A DNA stretch of 63,575 nt, filler included, from Stramenopiles sp. TOSAG23-2 (lineage: Eukaryota), in assembly GCA_900128395.1 (NCBI GenBank). It is 16 parts of 16 records of this genome, joined end to end, with 100 filler letters (N's around TTAATTAATTAA, not from the genome) between each part and the next. Parts side by side here need not be neighbours in the genome. Positions count along the whole stretch, not along the records: positions 43,866 to 47,731 come from LT651064.1; positions 47,832 to 51,697 come from LT651065.1; positions 51,798 to 55,657 come from LT651066.1; positions 55,758 to 59,617 come from LT651067.1; 12 more parts are not named here. The stretch is one strand, 5' to 3'. A program made the position numbers and the translations under genes. The notes under the pieces are model-generated. The model was not told where the DNA came from. It was given only the letters and a program-made list of their open reading frames with translations, and ran no database searches. Numbering within the stretch: position 1 is the stretch's first letter; every line of letters starts with the position of its first letter. Of this stretch, positions 44,402-57,059 are shown piece by piece.

Positions 44402-47400
44402 CTAGGTTGTTTTAATATTGGTATTGAAATTATTATCACCATCATCATCAATACTGATGATGTCATTATTATTATCATCTTTAGTATTAATTTCAACAAT
44501 TTCTTTCTTCTTTTTCTTGTAAAGCAATGACATATCAATATTTTTTGCTGCAAATCTTTCTTTACAGAAAAAAACATATTTTACCTTTGGTAATTCTCTA
44601 TTTTGTTTTTGGCGTTGATATTCGTTCCTTGACATTGCAAGTACAAAGCAGGTACCTGTGATTTCAGTCAATTGCATCCATGTGACTTTTGTTTCCTCTA
44701 GCAACTCATATCTTTTCCAAAAATCTGTTCGCACTTTATGTCCGACTTTCTTTAAATTTTTAAACGTCCAAAATTTCGAATATGCAATCCAGACACGTTT
44801 TAAACGATCCTTACAGATGGCAGAAACGCTTATAGGGGTTTTAGGACCAAGAATGGTTTTAACCATCATTAACCTTCCACTATTATGAATTTTAAAAGGC
44901 ACATATGTTAAATCCCAGCTAACACTTACATGTTTATAAAATTCACACGGCAATTCAGGCTGTTCTAGGTTTGAGATCATTTTGCATTTGTCACAACGAG
45001 AAGGCATTGGCATGTAGTGCTTCTCACATGTTTTAATAGATACGTTTGATGGGACTTTTTTAGGAGGCACAGCAATAAAACCACCAAGGCATTTAACATT
45101 TGGATCCTCTTCGATGTCCTCCAATTTTGAACGATATCGTTCTTGAAACCTCAAATGTGATATTAAGCCTTTCTTTTGTAAAAATCGTTTGCCAGTAATT
45201 CTAGATACATATTTCTTCCCGACCTCTCCTTTAGATTTGCTATAACGCATTTGTGCTTTTGTGAATTTTCTCCATGGGACATCCTTAGGCCAAAAATAAT
45301 TTAAACTTTGATCCCCATCTGGGGCTCTACTAACTAAACGTGGTTTATTAGTATGTTCTGATTCTTGATGCAGCCTAGCAACTCGTGGATCCGTAAATGA
45401 CTTCCCACAACCTGGATGCGTACATACGAATGGCTTTGTCATGCGATTGACTGCGATAATGTCATCTTTTACTTTCAAGGGCCCAGTTGCAATATCATGG
45501 AAACGTTCGTTAATAGATAATACATTTAATTGTTTTCCAATATCCGGTAATAGCTCGGCGTCCATATTACCACGTCGCTGCAATTGAACACTGTATGGCC
45601 TTGGCATATTTTCACTGCTGCCATCCACTGCCATGCTTCCACCAACTCCTAAACCAATCATAGAATCATCTTTAAAACCTTTCACGACCCCAAGTTGTAA
45701 AAGCGTTTTTGCCCGTCCAACATCCTTCGCCAAATCTCTCACTGTTGGGAATATATTGCCAGCAGTTGATGGTCGAACTAAATTACTATCATCACTTATT
45801 TCATCTAAACGAGGTTCATCGTCACTATCCTCGTCTCCTTTTTCCTCAATGTTATGAAACGTTGAATTGGATGCTCTACGATGGAAACCAAGTTTTTTAA
45901 GCTTTTTATCTAACCATAATGAACGTTTTGGCATTGGTTCTAGGTGTGTTTCGACCATTTCTTTTCTCCCCTTATCGATTGGTAACTCATAGTGTAACGT
46001 CCCTAAACGTAGGCTGCTTACTATTTTTTTCCAATGCCTATCTAAAAAGGTAAAAATGTTATATACATATTGTGCAAATAATTGATCATTTTCTAACAGT
46101 CCTAATTTTCTATCAGAAAAGGCCAGCAAAACTTCAATGAACATATCCACCATATCTGTTCGCATTTGAAGTGTTTTTCCACCGATAAATGGCAATGGCC
46201 GGGTCAATGTAAATTTTGTTTCATAAATTTCTAAGTTTGACACGTTTGCTGCTACGCCAGGTAATAAATCTTGCTCCTCATCCTTTGCCGCATTGACTCG
46301 TTCTCGTATACCAAATGATGTTGAACGGGGATCACTTTTCAATTCTCTCTCAACTTCTGCCTTCTGAAATGCTATTTCTTCTAACTTTGCCTCTGCTTGT
46401 TTTGACAATTTAGCAGGTGCTTTGACATCGCCCACAGATGTTAAGTGTCCACTACCATGTTCAGTTGGTAAAGCAAAGCCGGTTTTAGTTGAACGAGGTT
46501 CTGTACAATCGTTCCACCCTGTGTCCCCATTAAGATCATTTAACACATTTTCGCTAGTTGTTGCGATGGATCCGATAACATGTTTGTACAGCTTAATGTA
46601 CGCAATCGATCCCGTATGGTCAGCTTTCGTCGTCTTTTCCATTGGTTCAATTTCCATTCTTCCAGCAACTCTATCGTCTACGTTGTTCAATGTTGCCTTT
46701 AAATCTTTATACGTATACGCCGTTTCAAAGATTGTGTCTGGTAATTTTGATCCCTTTATACCTTCAGGTATAAACCGGTCACCTTCATATTCTAACATGA
46801 ACTTTAATTGACTCTTTGTATATGCTTCTCCTTCTTTGTATTCCTTATCCATTCTTGGCAACGGTTCTAACAAATGCATTGTTTTGTAATGCCCACATTC
46901 ACACACCTCGGAATAACCTAAATAACCACCACTCGGCTCTTGTTTAAACTTGTGACAGTTGCATTTTAAACACGATTTATGAGTCACGCATAATGCACAA
47001 CCCCATGCTCTATGTCGCGTGCATGGACTTGTTTGGGCCAATACGTATGTTAAAAAATTCTCATAGTTTACCCAGCCAACTTGTGAAGGATCAAATCGTT
47101 GGGTCAATGCCGTGACTTGGTCTGGGGATAAGTAGTGCCCACATGCATGTAATGCCTCCCGAAATTGACGTTTTGATATGACACCACTAGCTTCAGGGTC
47201 GTACCGAAGAAAATATTTCTTTGGCCAACGACGTTTTGCTAACTTTAATTCTTTTTTCTTCTTCTTTAATTGATCTGCAGTTGCTAACGAATAATCTGTA
47301 TTCTTTAATTTTGAGCCTTTATCTACAACTTCAACACCTTCTACACCATCTTTACACATTGTTAAGTATCTAATTAACTTGATGGTACTAGAGTCGCTTT

Positions 47401-47731
47401 TACCACCAAGTTTGTCAGCTGGTATAATCGCAGGTCTTCCACCACCTTGAACATCATACGCACTCCGTGGCATAAACTGTTCAAATGCTTTACGTGGTAA
47501 CGTTGGTTTTAACCAATTCCATGCGTTATGTAACTTAAGCCTTTCCGGCTCTACTTTTTCCCGACGATCCCGTTGTCCACGCCATACTCGTTGAAATAAT
47601 TTTGTTGCATTTAATCGTGGTATAACATCAGAGCCAAAGTATTTGCGGGCAATAAAACCTCTAGTTCGCCGTTGAAACCATTGTATAGCAAAATGATACT
47701 TTGCAATCCAAATTGCTTGCCGTTTTGCTTT
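44402..47731 (-). CDS. Large protein (5' partial): IQ motifs, EF-hand pair, Cys/His cluster, C2H2 finger, BAH-like C-terminus
   Basis: Frame open to the contig edge and adds FQRRTRGFIARK and FQRVWRGQRDR (IQ). Also YDPEASGVISKRQF and FDPSQVGWVNYENF (EF-hands), and FVCTHPGCGKSF...HQESEH (C2H2). Confidence 0.8.
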   Translation of the reverse strand, partial: KAKRQAIWIAKYHFAIQWFQRRTRGFIARKYFGSDVIPRLNATKLFQRVWRGQRDRREKVEPERLKLHNAWNWLKPTLPRKAFEQFMPRSAYDVQGGGRPAIIPADKLGGKSDSSTIKLIRYLTMCKDGVEGVEVVDKGSKLKNTDYSLATADQLKKKKKELKLAKRRWPKKYFLRYDPEASGVISKRQFREALHACGHYLSPDQVTALTQRFDPSQVGWVNYENFLTYVLAQTSPCTRHRAWGCALCVTHKSCLKCNCHKFKQEPSGGYLGYSEVCECGHYKTMHLLEPLPRMDKEYKEGEAYTKSQLKFMLEYEGDRFIPEGIKGSKLPDTIFETAYTYKDLKATLNNVDDRVAGRMEIEPMEKTTKADHTGSIAYIKLYKHVIGSIATTSENVLNDLNGDTGWNDCTEPRSTKTGFALPTEHGSGHLTSVGDVKAPAKLSKQAEAKLEEIAFQKAEVERELKSDPRSTSFGIRERVNAAKDEEQDLLPGVAANVSNLEIYETKFTLTRPLPFIGGKTLQMRTDMVDMFIEVLLAFSDRKLGLLENDQLFAQYVYNIFTFLDRHWKKIVSSLRLGTLHYELPIDKGRKEMVETHLEPMPKRSLWLDKKLKKLGFHRRASNSTFHNIEEKGDEDSDDEPRLDEISDDSNLVRPSTAGNIFPTVRDLAKDVGRAKTLLQLGVVKGFKDDSMIGLGVGGSMAVDGSSENMPRPYSVQLQRRGNMDAELLPDIGKQLNVLSINERFHDIATGPLKVKDDIIAVNRMTKPFVCTHPGCGKSFTDPRVARLHQESEHTNKPRLVSRAPDGDQSLNYFWPKDVPWRKFTKAQMRYSKSKGEVGKKYVSRITGKRFLQKKGLISHLRFQERYRSKLEDIEEDPNVKCLGGFIAVPPKKVPSNVSIKTCEKHYMPMPSRCDKCKMISNLEQPELPCEFYKHVSVSWDLTYVPFKIHNSGRLMMVKTILGPKTPISVSAICKDRLKRVWIAYSKFWTFKNLKKVGHKVRTDFWKRYELLEETKVTWMQLTEITGTCFVLAMSRNEYQRQKQNRELPKVKYVFFCKERFAAKNIDMSLLYKKKKKEIVEINTKDDNNNDIISIDDDGDNNFNTNIKTT

Positions 47732-47854
47732 NNNNNNNNNNNNNNNNNNNNNNNNNNNNNNNNNNNNNNNNNNNNTTAATTAATTAANNNNNNNNNNNNN
47801 NNNNNNNNNNNNNNNNNNNNNNNNNNNNNNNTATATATAAAGTATAAAAGGAAG

Positions 47855-50490
47855 ATGTGGTTATTATATAATAATAGTAATAATAACAACAATAATTATC
47901 ACCAAAAAATCAAGAAATATAATAATAAGAATAGTCCAACAATGTTTTTGATAAGTTTTTGTTTATTTCATTTTTGCACATTGTTTTCTTCATCAGCTAA
48001 TGCGTTGTCTACGTCATCTTTTTCCTCTAATAACGTTTTGTTACGATCAAATAATAATAATGTCAATAAGCCAACTACTGTAATAAAAGATTTAGTAAAA
48101 TTACCAGCACACTGGTCAGAGTCTATTTTAAAACAACATTTATCAGAAATGAAAAATGCTGTTCAGACTAATAATGTTTATAATAAAGAAGATTCAACAA
48201 CTAGAGGAAAAGCGACACCTAATTACCCACTTTGGGCAGCCAACATTGCAAACGAACGCAGCCCATGTACAGAACTTCTACACCCAAATGGATGCCATGA
48301 AGAAAACACAGCAGTTGCAAAAGCAATTGCAGATGCAGAAGAAGCTGCTGATAAAGCCTCGTTAACAGACTCAAATGTTAGTGCGATACCACAGGAAGTT
48401 GTTTGTAAAGAAGGTCAAATACCATCTGCAGCAAGGACAATTGCCATAGGTAATTTACAGGCAGCGCATACGCGATTAAAAATAGCACTTGTAGATGTTA
48501 TGCGTTACATACGGGAAGCGAGGGATAAATTGTCAGCCGCATTAAATACTTGTTCTGGAGGTGGTGATTGGGCTGATAAAGTAGTAGAACAAGTTAAATA
48601 TGTGCGGGAATATTTATATGTTGCAATGCAATTAATTGAAAAAGCACATAAAATATTATTAGAAGCGTTGCAGGTGGCAGAAAGATCATGCAAGGATGAC
48701 ACTTTAAATTTGGAAATATTTTTAAGACGTAGTCATGAAGCATTGCTAAAAGGGTGGAACAATTTAAGAGAAGCATATCGTGGTGCTATGAAAGGTGTGT
48801 CCGTGTCACATTTTAAAAGTGGTGGCGTAATAGGAGATATTATTAAAAAAGCTCAGGATAGTACAGCTATATTAATGCAAGATACGGCTGGTTTGATTGA
48901 CGATGCTGCAAAAGCAGCATGGGGTTCAGTTGCTGGTGATGGTAAAAAACCACCAGTTGTTGATAAGTTGACACCACGTATGATGAAGAAGATCGCGGAA
49001 CAAAAAGCATTGCCGATATTAAAAGGACCAGCAATTAAACAATATAGTCGCACTGGTTTTGCTGCGACATCTGCATTTGTTTGTGCGCAGGAAAGAGAAT
49101 TACGATGGACACCATGTTTTCAAGATTTATGTAGACATGAAGAGGGAACACGGCAATCCGGTTGCATGTATGGTTGTTTTGCCGTCATTGCACAATCATC
49201 CCAGGAAGATGATGATAAAATGTCGCCATTTCGTGCACATGTTCGTCGATTGTTAGGCAAAAAACGTATATTTGCGATGAATCCATTGCATCGTGCTATG
49301 GCAGCAATTGCAGCGTCAACTACGATTCCAATGTTAAATGGTGCTATGCTTACATTAGTGCAAGGAGAAGGCAAAGGCGTTGAGCCGATTTATGGAAATG
49401 ATGACCTAACTGCCGCACGTACACAAGCTGTTTCCGTTTTAGGTACAAAAAATGCAGTAAATGTCGCATGTAATCAACGTGCTACTATAGACACAGCTAT
49501 TAAAGCAGCAAAGAATGCACGTAGCCATGAAGATTTGTTTAACATTGTCTCAAACGTAATAAATTGTAAAGCAGATGATATGGATAAAGCTGTTATTGTA
49601 AATGTTGATAGCCATGGGTGTGTGCATTTTTGCACCAGCCATGTGGATACGGTGTTGGCACATTCATGTGAAAATAAAGTTGCAAAAGAAACTGCAAATG
49701 ACTTCCTCAATACAAGGAAAGGATGGTCTCGTGCATGTGTTTTATCATGCAAGCAACGTACAAGTTCGGAGACATTCCAAAATGCTTGGGGTGAACATGG
49801 TGGTAAAATACAGATGAATCCAAAGCCAGAGAAAGATACCTATGGTGAAGGATTGCCACAAGGACCGCTTACTGTTAAGCACATCCATGCAGGTGCAAGA
49901 TGGAATGTTTGCAATCAAACCATTTGCGGTGGCAAAACGACGTTGAGTCGTTCCGGTTGCATATATGGTTGTAGGGTAATGGTATTGACTGGATTGCCAG
50001 GAAAAGAAGATTGTAATCAATATTGTGATGAAGTTGTGGATCAAGTACTAGCCGATAAAGATCATTTAGGAGCGGAAGCGAATAAATTTGATCCAAAGAG
50101 TGTGGTAGTGGCAGATAGGGAAGCTGTGTGGGTCATGCAATGTAAACGTGGCTGCAAACTTGCAGCAAATTATTACCCACCAAATCATGAAATTAGATAC
50201 ATGTATGAACGTGGATTAGGTAAAAATCCAATACCACCATTAGATAAAGATTTTATAGAACAAAGAAGAGTCATGAAAATTATTGCGAATCACGATGGTT
50301 ATGCATCATTACGCCGAAGTGCAAATGACAAAGAGGGCACAAAGGAAGGTACGTCAAAAATTATTCCAGACGATCCAGCGGAAATTTTAAAAATGAAAAA
50401 AGAAGATGAATTAAAATATCATTTGCGAAATAAAGATATCATTGACGATCATAAACAATTCCATTTGAAAGGAAAAGATATTATTGATCT
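47855..50490 (+). CDS. Large secreted Cys-rich protein; 3' end probably chimeric
   Basis: Signal-like MFLISFCLFHFCTLFSSSANA, and a repeated WxxCxQxxC...SGCxYGC module. Confidence 0.75.
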
Positions 50491-51504
50491 AGCACGTATT
50501 CTTTTCCTCCTCTGTATATCTATTTTAGATCTAAAAAAATCTAAAATACGAGGCAATATATCATATGGATCTTTAGTTGGCCGATTTGGCGGTCCTAATA
50601 ATCTTGATATGTACTGTTCAAGGCATATTTGAGCATATTCTGCATCCGATGCTACCATTTGAAAATATAGATCTTCAAAATTCGGTACGATATTCATAAG
50701 GAATCTTGTGAATATGGTTTGTCGGTCTGTATTTTTTTCCTCTAGCAATGCAAATATTTCATTTAAACAGTCAGCAATTAAATTATCTAATCCGGTCATG
50801 GCTTCAGTTTGAAATTTATTTGCTTCTTTTCTTTTTGTATCATTGACTGCACTAATGACACTACCACCTCCAAATCCAATTTGTTTTAGAAATTCATCTA
50901 TCATTTCTAATTCTTTATCAGAATATGCTCTACGTTGCACGGGGCAAATACGATTTCCTGATTTTATAATATATTCTCCCAAACTTTCAGTGTCATAGGT
51001 AATTTGACATTTACTTTCCGGATCAACCAATACTACCGTTTCATAGGGGCCAGACTTAAATGGTTCTAACGATATAGGGCATTTATTATCTAGTTCAAGA
51101 CCATTTAACCGATTGGTTGTGATTGCATGATATTTTTTATCCGCAGCAACAATTTCCTTTAGTTCTTCCAGAGAAATTTTTCCCTCACAAACTAAAATTT
51201 TCGCGTTTTTAATCCCCTCGGATGATGCTAGCCATTTTTGTTCTTCCTCACGTAAAGATGGCGATTTTTTCGCAGCACGAATAGGGGATAAATCCATAGG
51301 ATTTTGGGTTTGCAGTAAATTTGCTTTGTTTGACTTTGATCGTCTTCGCCTTCGTCTCTTTAGTGACGGTAAACAGGTACCTACCGATCTACCTCGATGC
51401 CGAGCTTTCACGGCGCGTAGTTTTCGCCTTAAATTTTGTATTCTTTCCGAACGACGCACGGTTTTCCGTACGGTTCTTGTTTTACTTGTTTTGTTGTTAC
51501 TCAT
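50487..51504 (-). CDS. Protein with a U-box/RING-like domain; 3' end probably chimeric
   Basis: CPISLEPF...YDTESLGEYIIKSGNRICPVQRR and a basic N-terminus. Confidence 0.7.
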
Positions 51505-52051
51505 ATTTACAATATATTTACAGATGTAATTTACAATTGTTTTTACAAGGATATTTAATGTTTTGTGATTTTGTTTCCTTTAATTAACTATATATCTGTA
51601 TATATCTAATATATGTGTATGGAGTAGGGAGTATTCTACTTTGAAAAGAGATGTTTTCGCGTTTTTTCATTTTTATAATAGTGTGTACATACTATTANNN
51701 NNNNNNNNNNNNNNNNNNNNNNNNNNNNNNNNNNNNNNNNNTTAATTAATTAANNNNNNNNNNNNNNNNNNNNNNNNNNNNNNNNNNNNNNNNNNNNAAT
51801 ATCGATAATTTATATAAACTATCATTTTTCAATAAAGAATAGATTATATACATCGAATATATATATATACGAGATATTGATAGATTGTGATAGAATATAT
51901 ATACACAAATATATATATATATATATTCGTTATAGTATTTTTGTCTTTTTTGTGTTATCGTTTTTTGTTTCTCTAGTCGGTCTATTTTGTAATAATAATA
52001 ATCACAGCAGTTTCACAACTATATAATTATTCAATTAATAATAAAATAATA

Positions 52052-53596
52052 ATGCTAAGTAAAATACTTAAAAGAAAACCAGATAATAATAGTAGTAATA
52101 ATAATAACAATAATAGTAAAAGCAACAATATGCACAGTTTAAACAATGCTATGGCAAATAATAAAATTGAAATCAAACAAGATATAGCAGATAATAGTGA
52201 TAGTAGTAGTAATAATAATAATAATATACAAAATGTGAATAAAGATGTTAATAACATACAACAAGGTATACGTCCAATCATGAAAAATGGTAAAAAGAAT
52301 ACAGCAAGATCAATGACATCGAATGGTAAGCGTATTGGTGTTAAATTTGGAAATATTATAGTACGTGAATTTAGTTCAGAAATAGGTGGTTCCGTTGCAA
52401 GTGCTGGACCTAGTGTCGGTTTAGGACGTGTATTGAAACGGGAAGAAGAAATTGGTATAGATGCATATGAACAAAATGAACGTGGTGGTCGACGTGCATT
52501 AACACCATTGGAATTTTGGTTACCACCTGCAGTACGATTGCAACGTTTGCAAACGGCTGGTATCAAAAAGAATGTAATTGATTTAGAAGGCAGGCAAGAG
52601 GAAATATTACGTCGACATCGTGCAGCAGCAATGATGGATAATGTTAGTATACGTTTAATGGAATCCGATCCAGAAAATTATTCATGTACACTTGCTACTT
52701 TACGTAAAGCACAATTATTACAACAACAACGTATTATGATGGCAAATGCAGCAGCACAACGTAATAATAATGTCATACCAAGAAATTTTCAATTAAATCA
52801 TCAACAACAACGCAATTTACCACAATTAAGACGTCAAGGTACACCACTTGTAAGAAGACGACCACGTAATAGAGTCCAACAACAACGTGCGCAACAACAA
52901 CAACAACAACGTAATAATAATAATAACAATAATGGTGGTGGTATTTCACCATATGCAATTAATCAAAAAAATCGCCAACAACAACAACAACAACAGCAAC
53001 AACAACAAAGTGATTATGCAAGGCAATTGGAACAACAACAACAACAACGATTACAATTATCACAAATGGGACGTGCACAACGTGTTGGTGGTTTAAATAG
53101 TAGACAACAACAATCAGCATATCAACGTAATACGCAACAAGGAAATAATAATAATAATAATAATAATAGTAATATGCGAAATAGTTCATCTAATGAATCT
53201 TTATCAAATCGTAATAGTAATAATAAATGGGGATCACAATATTCACAAAATAAATATCGTCCTAGAACGGCACTTGGTAGATTAGAAGTTCGAAAAGGCA
53301 GTGGTATGCGTAGGAGTGGATTGCAAAGTGCAGGTGGTTCAAGATCACGGAATACAAACATGAGATCGAATCAAAGACGTCCAATGTCAAGTGGTACAGG
53401 TAGACGATCGATGAATAATAGTTGGAATTTAAATGGCAATAGTGGTGGAAATAGTTTAAGTAGTTCAGGAAGTAATGGTAGGATCGCACGTGGAATTGCA
53501 TCTAGGCGTGGTAGGAAAAAGAAGAAAAAAAGTGATGCAGATTTAAGTTTTAATCGTTTTTGGAAAGTTAATGGTAAGAAAGCGGGTGGGAAGTGA
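52052..53596 (+). CDS. Low-complexity N/Q/R/G-rich protein with a short ordered core
   Basis: Core VKFGNIIVREF...AGPSVGLG...IDAYE, flanked by polyQ/polyN tracts. Confidence 0.75.
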   Translation: MLSKILKRKPDNNSSNNNNNNSKSNNMHSLNNAMANNKIEIKQDIADNSDSSSNNNNNIQNVNKDVNNIQQGIRPIMKNGKKNTARSMTSNGKRIGVKFGNIIVREFSSEIGGSVASAGPSVGLGRVLKREEEIGIDAYEQNERGGRRALTPLEFWLPPAVRLQRLQTAGIKKNVIDLEGRQEEILRRHRAAAMMDNVSIRLMESDPENYSCTLATLRKAQLLQQQRIMMANAAAQRNNNVIPRNFQLNHQQQRNLPQLRRQGTPLVRRRPRNRVQQQRAQQQQQQRNNNNNNNGGGISPYAINQKNRQQQQQQQQQQQSDYARQLEQQQQQRLQLSQMGRAQRVGGLNSRQQQSAYQRNTQQGNNNNNNNNSNMRNSSSNESLSNRNSNNKWGSQYSQNKYRPRTALGRLEVRKGSGMRRSGLQSAGGSRSRNTNMRSNQRRPMSSGTGRRSMNNSWNLNGNSGGNSLSSSGSNGRIARGIASRRGRKKKKKSDADLSFNRFWKVNGKKAGGK

Positions 53597-54427
53597 GAGA
53601 TGTAATGATCTCTTTCGCGGTGCAAATAATGTATCTGTGTATTAATCGATATTTTTTAATTTTTACCGACCGGAATAAAATCTTGTGAAAGTTAGGTAAA
53701 ATAAGCTGGGGTGTTTAAACGTTTTCAACTTTTATAAAAACGTTTAAACGAGAGAGAGATTTGAGATTTTTGGCACGTTGGCGCGTGATCTCTCTTGTAG
53801 TGTGTGGTAAATCGATACGAGTAAGGCGTGTGTTTTCGTTTAAAATTACCTCGTACATATTTAGAGATGCAACAGATCCACAATTACCTCTTCCTATACT
53901 CTTCCTTCTCTCTGACTCTTCTAGTATCATACCAAAATTCTTGTGCTCTTCTTCTAGATTCTAAAAAAAAATCGCGATTATTTTTTGTTCGTATTGTTTT
54001 CATCCATCAAGTATGAACATTGATAGAGACACATAATAAAACTGCACAGTATTGGTAAAACTACTCAGAAAAATCATCAAATTTTCCGATTTTTTCAATA
54101 CAGTTATTTACACACACAAGTTCAATAGAAGTTAAAATAGAAGAAGGAAAGGAGATGCGGGTGTGTGCATGACCACATGGTGTTAGGATATTACCATAAA
54201 ATCTTGTCGTATCGTCCTTATAATCGTATAGTTATATTTATTTGTTGTTTGAGTTGTATGTTTGTTGATTGCCTTTGACAATTATAGAATTTGTATATAT
54301 ATATATTATAGTCAGATAAATATATTAATTTAAAAAAAAAAATAGCTAGATTAGCACTACAATTGGAGTACAAACATCTTAATTTAATATATATATATAG
54401 AAAAGCATCTCCATAACAAATCACAAC

Positions 54428-55657
54428 ATGGCCACCAATCATACTACAAATGCATCTCATCATCAACAACAGCAACAACTCCCATTTTGTGCGTATACAT
54501 TACAACAATGTGTATATACCGGTCTAGGTGGAGCAAGAGTATTATCATCTGATATTTATGCAAATGTATTACAATGGATTGGAATATCTATTTTATGGTA
54601 TTATTGTCGGGAGCTTAAAACAAGAACAATTGCAAATAAAAGCAGATCAGAAGTAGCAAAGGAAATGTTTCTACCAATGTATCATGTATATATTCGTTAT
54701 ACTATATATATAACAATGTTTTGGACTTTAATAAGTATGTTAGGTTTTTTTCCAACACAATTAGCAGGAAGTGGCCAAGTAGATGATACAATATCTACAT
54801 CTATATTTACATCAATTATTGTCGGTGTTAACTGGGGAATGTATCATCTTCTTTTTGATTTTGTCATGATATTATTACTCTATCCAGGTTTTGGTAAAAA
54901 TACCATCATAAATGCATTAAAAATATCTATGTTTACTGGTTTTGTATCAGGTACTATTATTGCAATTATAAATAAATGCACTGATCTTAATTTATCAGTT
55001 TTAATCTCGTTAATTTGGGATTTGTTATATAGCTGTTTTTATTTATTTATATGGTTATGGCCGTCGCAGAAAATCTCATGCTGTTGTATTAGTAGTGGTG
55101 GTGGTGCCGGTGGTACATCAGGAAAGAAAAAAAATTACATATTTTTCCGTCGCCCTGCCGTTCGTTATTATGCAATGTGGTGGTTTTTTATACGTTTTGG
55201 AGATACAATGGTAACGTTTCTTTTCAATACAAAATTTGCAATAAATAAAGATGGATTTCCATTGGTTTTACATCAATATAATGATAATGCTGTGTGTGGC
55301 CATTTTTTATTTGCCTGGCTTTTATGGGGTGTTGGATGGCCAATAATTTTAATAAAAACATTTCGTAGAGATACTATTTATTGGTCTGGTGGTTTCAATG
55401 ATTGTCAAACTGGTCCATTTGATGATTTTATTAATGATGTTCAATGGTTATGGTCTACTATTACATGTAAAAAATCTGAACATCCAGATTATCAACCTTC
55501 TTTAAGAACATTATCAAAATTAGCAAACGATGATATTAGACGCCCGCTTTTTGATTTAGGTTTTTCAACTAGTGAAAGTGCAACAGTACGAGAAGGATTA
55601 GATATTGTTCCTAGCGAACTTTTAATTCGATTTTGTGAATTATCATTAGATTCTTCC
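54428..55657 (+). CDS. 7TM receptor-like protein (3' partial), probably a 7TM-kinase fusion
   Basis: About 7 hydrophobic segments, TFRRDTIYWSG after the last TM, and LIRFCELSL at the contig break, resembling a pre-kinase segment. Confidence 0.65.
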
Positions 55658-55758
55658 NNNNNNNNNNNNNNNNNNNNNNNNNNNNNNNNNNNNNNNNNNN
55701 NTTAATTAATTAANNNNNNNNNNNNNNNNNNNNNNNNNNNNNNNNNNNNNNNNNNNNC

Positions 55759-56958
55759 ATGAATTTGCGATCAACTGTAATATTTATATCCACCTTTTTT
55801 TGTATTATATGTTCCTATGTAAAAATATATAATGTACGTGGAATAAAATTAAATAGTAAAGTAGGTTTGAGAGGAGGTAATAGTGTAGCAGTAAAAAATA
55901 CTAGAGGTAGTCCAATGGACTCGTATTGGAAGAAAGATGATAGCAGTATGAATATATTTGATTATAATGCGATTGGTCTCGATCCAATACAAGATTCAAC
56001 ACGTCTTGCAACTGGAAAGAAGGTAATAGAACTTTCTGGTAAAATTGGTGAACAAGTCGAAAATCCTTTAAGACAAAAGGCCCTAGACGTAATAAGGGTT
56101 ACACAGCGGTTTTGGAGTGGAAGAAAAACCAATGATGATTGTCCTACCTTCCCTTTTTGTAACCATATTCCCGCACAACGTCCACTATTACTGGCTCCTG
56201 GGGATCTTCAAAATCCAAATAGTCGTATTTTATATCCATGGCAAAATAGAAATGGTAATTCTGCTGCATTTCCTGGTAATCATGTACATGCAAAACAACA
56301 CGTAAGAGGACATCCAAATCGTCACCGTCAAAGTGTTGGACAAATTAGTGATAGTAGAAAACGATGGGCGCAACCATATGGTCGGTTTGGTGGTGAAATA
56401 CAAATGGAAGATTGGAGCCGAAACGTGTATGGTCATGTTATGGGTGCAATGCCTGTGTCGAATGACATTTCTAACATCGGCAATGGAAAAGATTTGTCCA
56501 AAACGAAAGAATCAATTAAAAAAGCTGTTTTAAGTACTGCAAATAAGGTGGAAATACCACGTTTACAAAACGTGGGACCTGGGGATATACCATCTGCTCC
56601 ACGTTCACGAAGTGAATATCATGAACCACATAAACCAAACAAAAACTGGGATGGTGCGGAGCCAAAAGAAATAGACGTCGAAAAGAACAAAGAAGACAAT
56701 AAAGAGAAAAGTGAAGCTTTAGAAGAGAATAAGGAAAAGGAAGAAACAAAATTAAAGAAAGAGAGTGCTAAACCTGAAAGTGTTCAACAAATGGTGACGT
56801 CGAAAAGAACAAAGAAGACAATAAAGAGAAAAGTGAAGCTTTAGAAGAGAATAAGGAAAAGGAAGAAACAAAATTAAAGATAGAGAGTACTAAACCTGAA
56901 AGTGTTAAACAAATGGTTAAAGCCGAAGCAATAACGAATACAGCAATACAAACTTGAA
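55759..56958 (+). CDS. Secreted or membrane-anchored hypothetical protein whose end is frameshifted by a 122-bp duplication
   Basis: N-terminal hydrophobic segment. The duplicate at 56674/56796 shifts the frame. The probable native end is QMVKAEAITNTAIQT*. Confidence 0.65.
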
Positions 56959-57059
56959 GAATATTTTTGATGATGTTTCAAATTAGTGTACGATTAAAAT
57001 TATGTAAATAATTTATTCAATTACGAATATAAAAAAATATATTACTTCGTATATTTGAA

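Noticed and set aside
50449-50632. 184-bp convergent gene overlap (similar cases at 14143-14282 and 62398-62653)
   Set aside because: Each ORF loses protein-like character at the same point, so a chimeric junction is more likely than true overlap.
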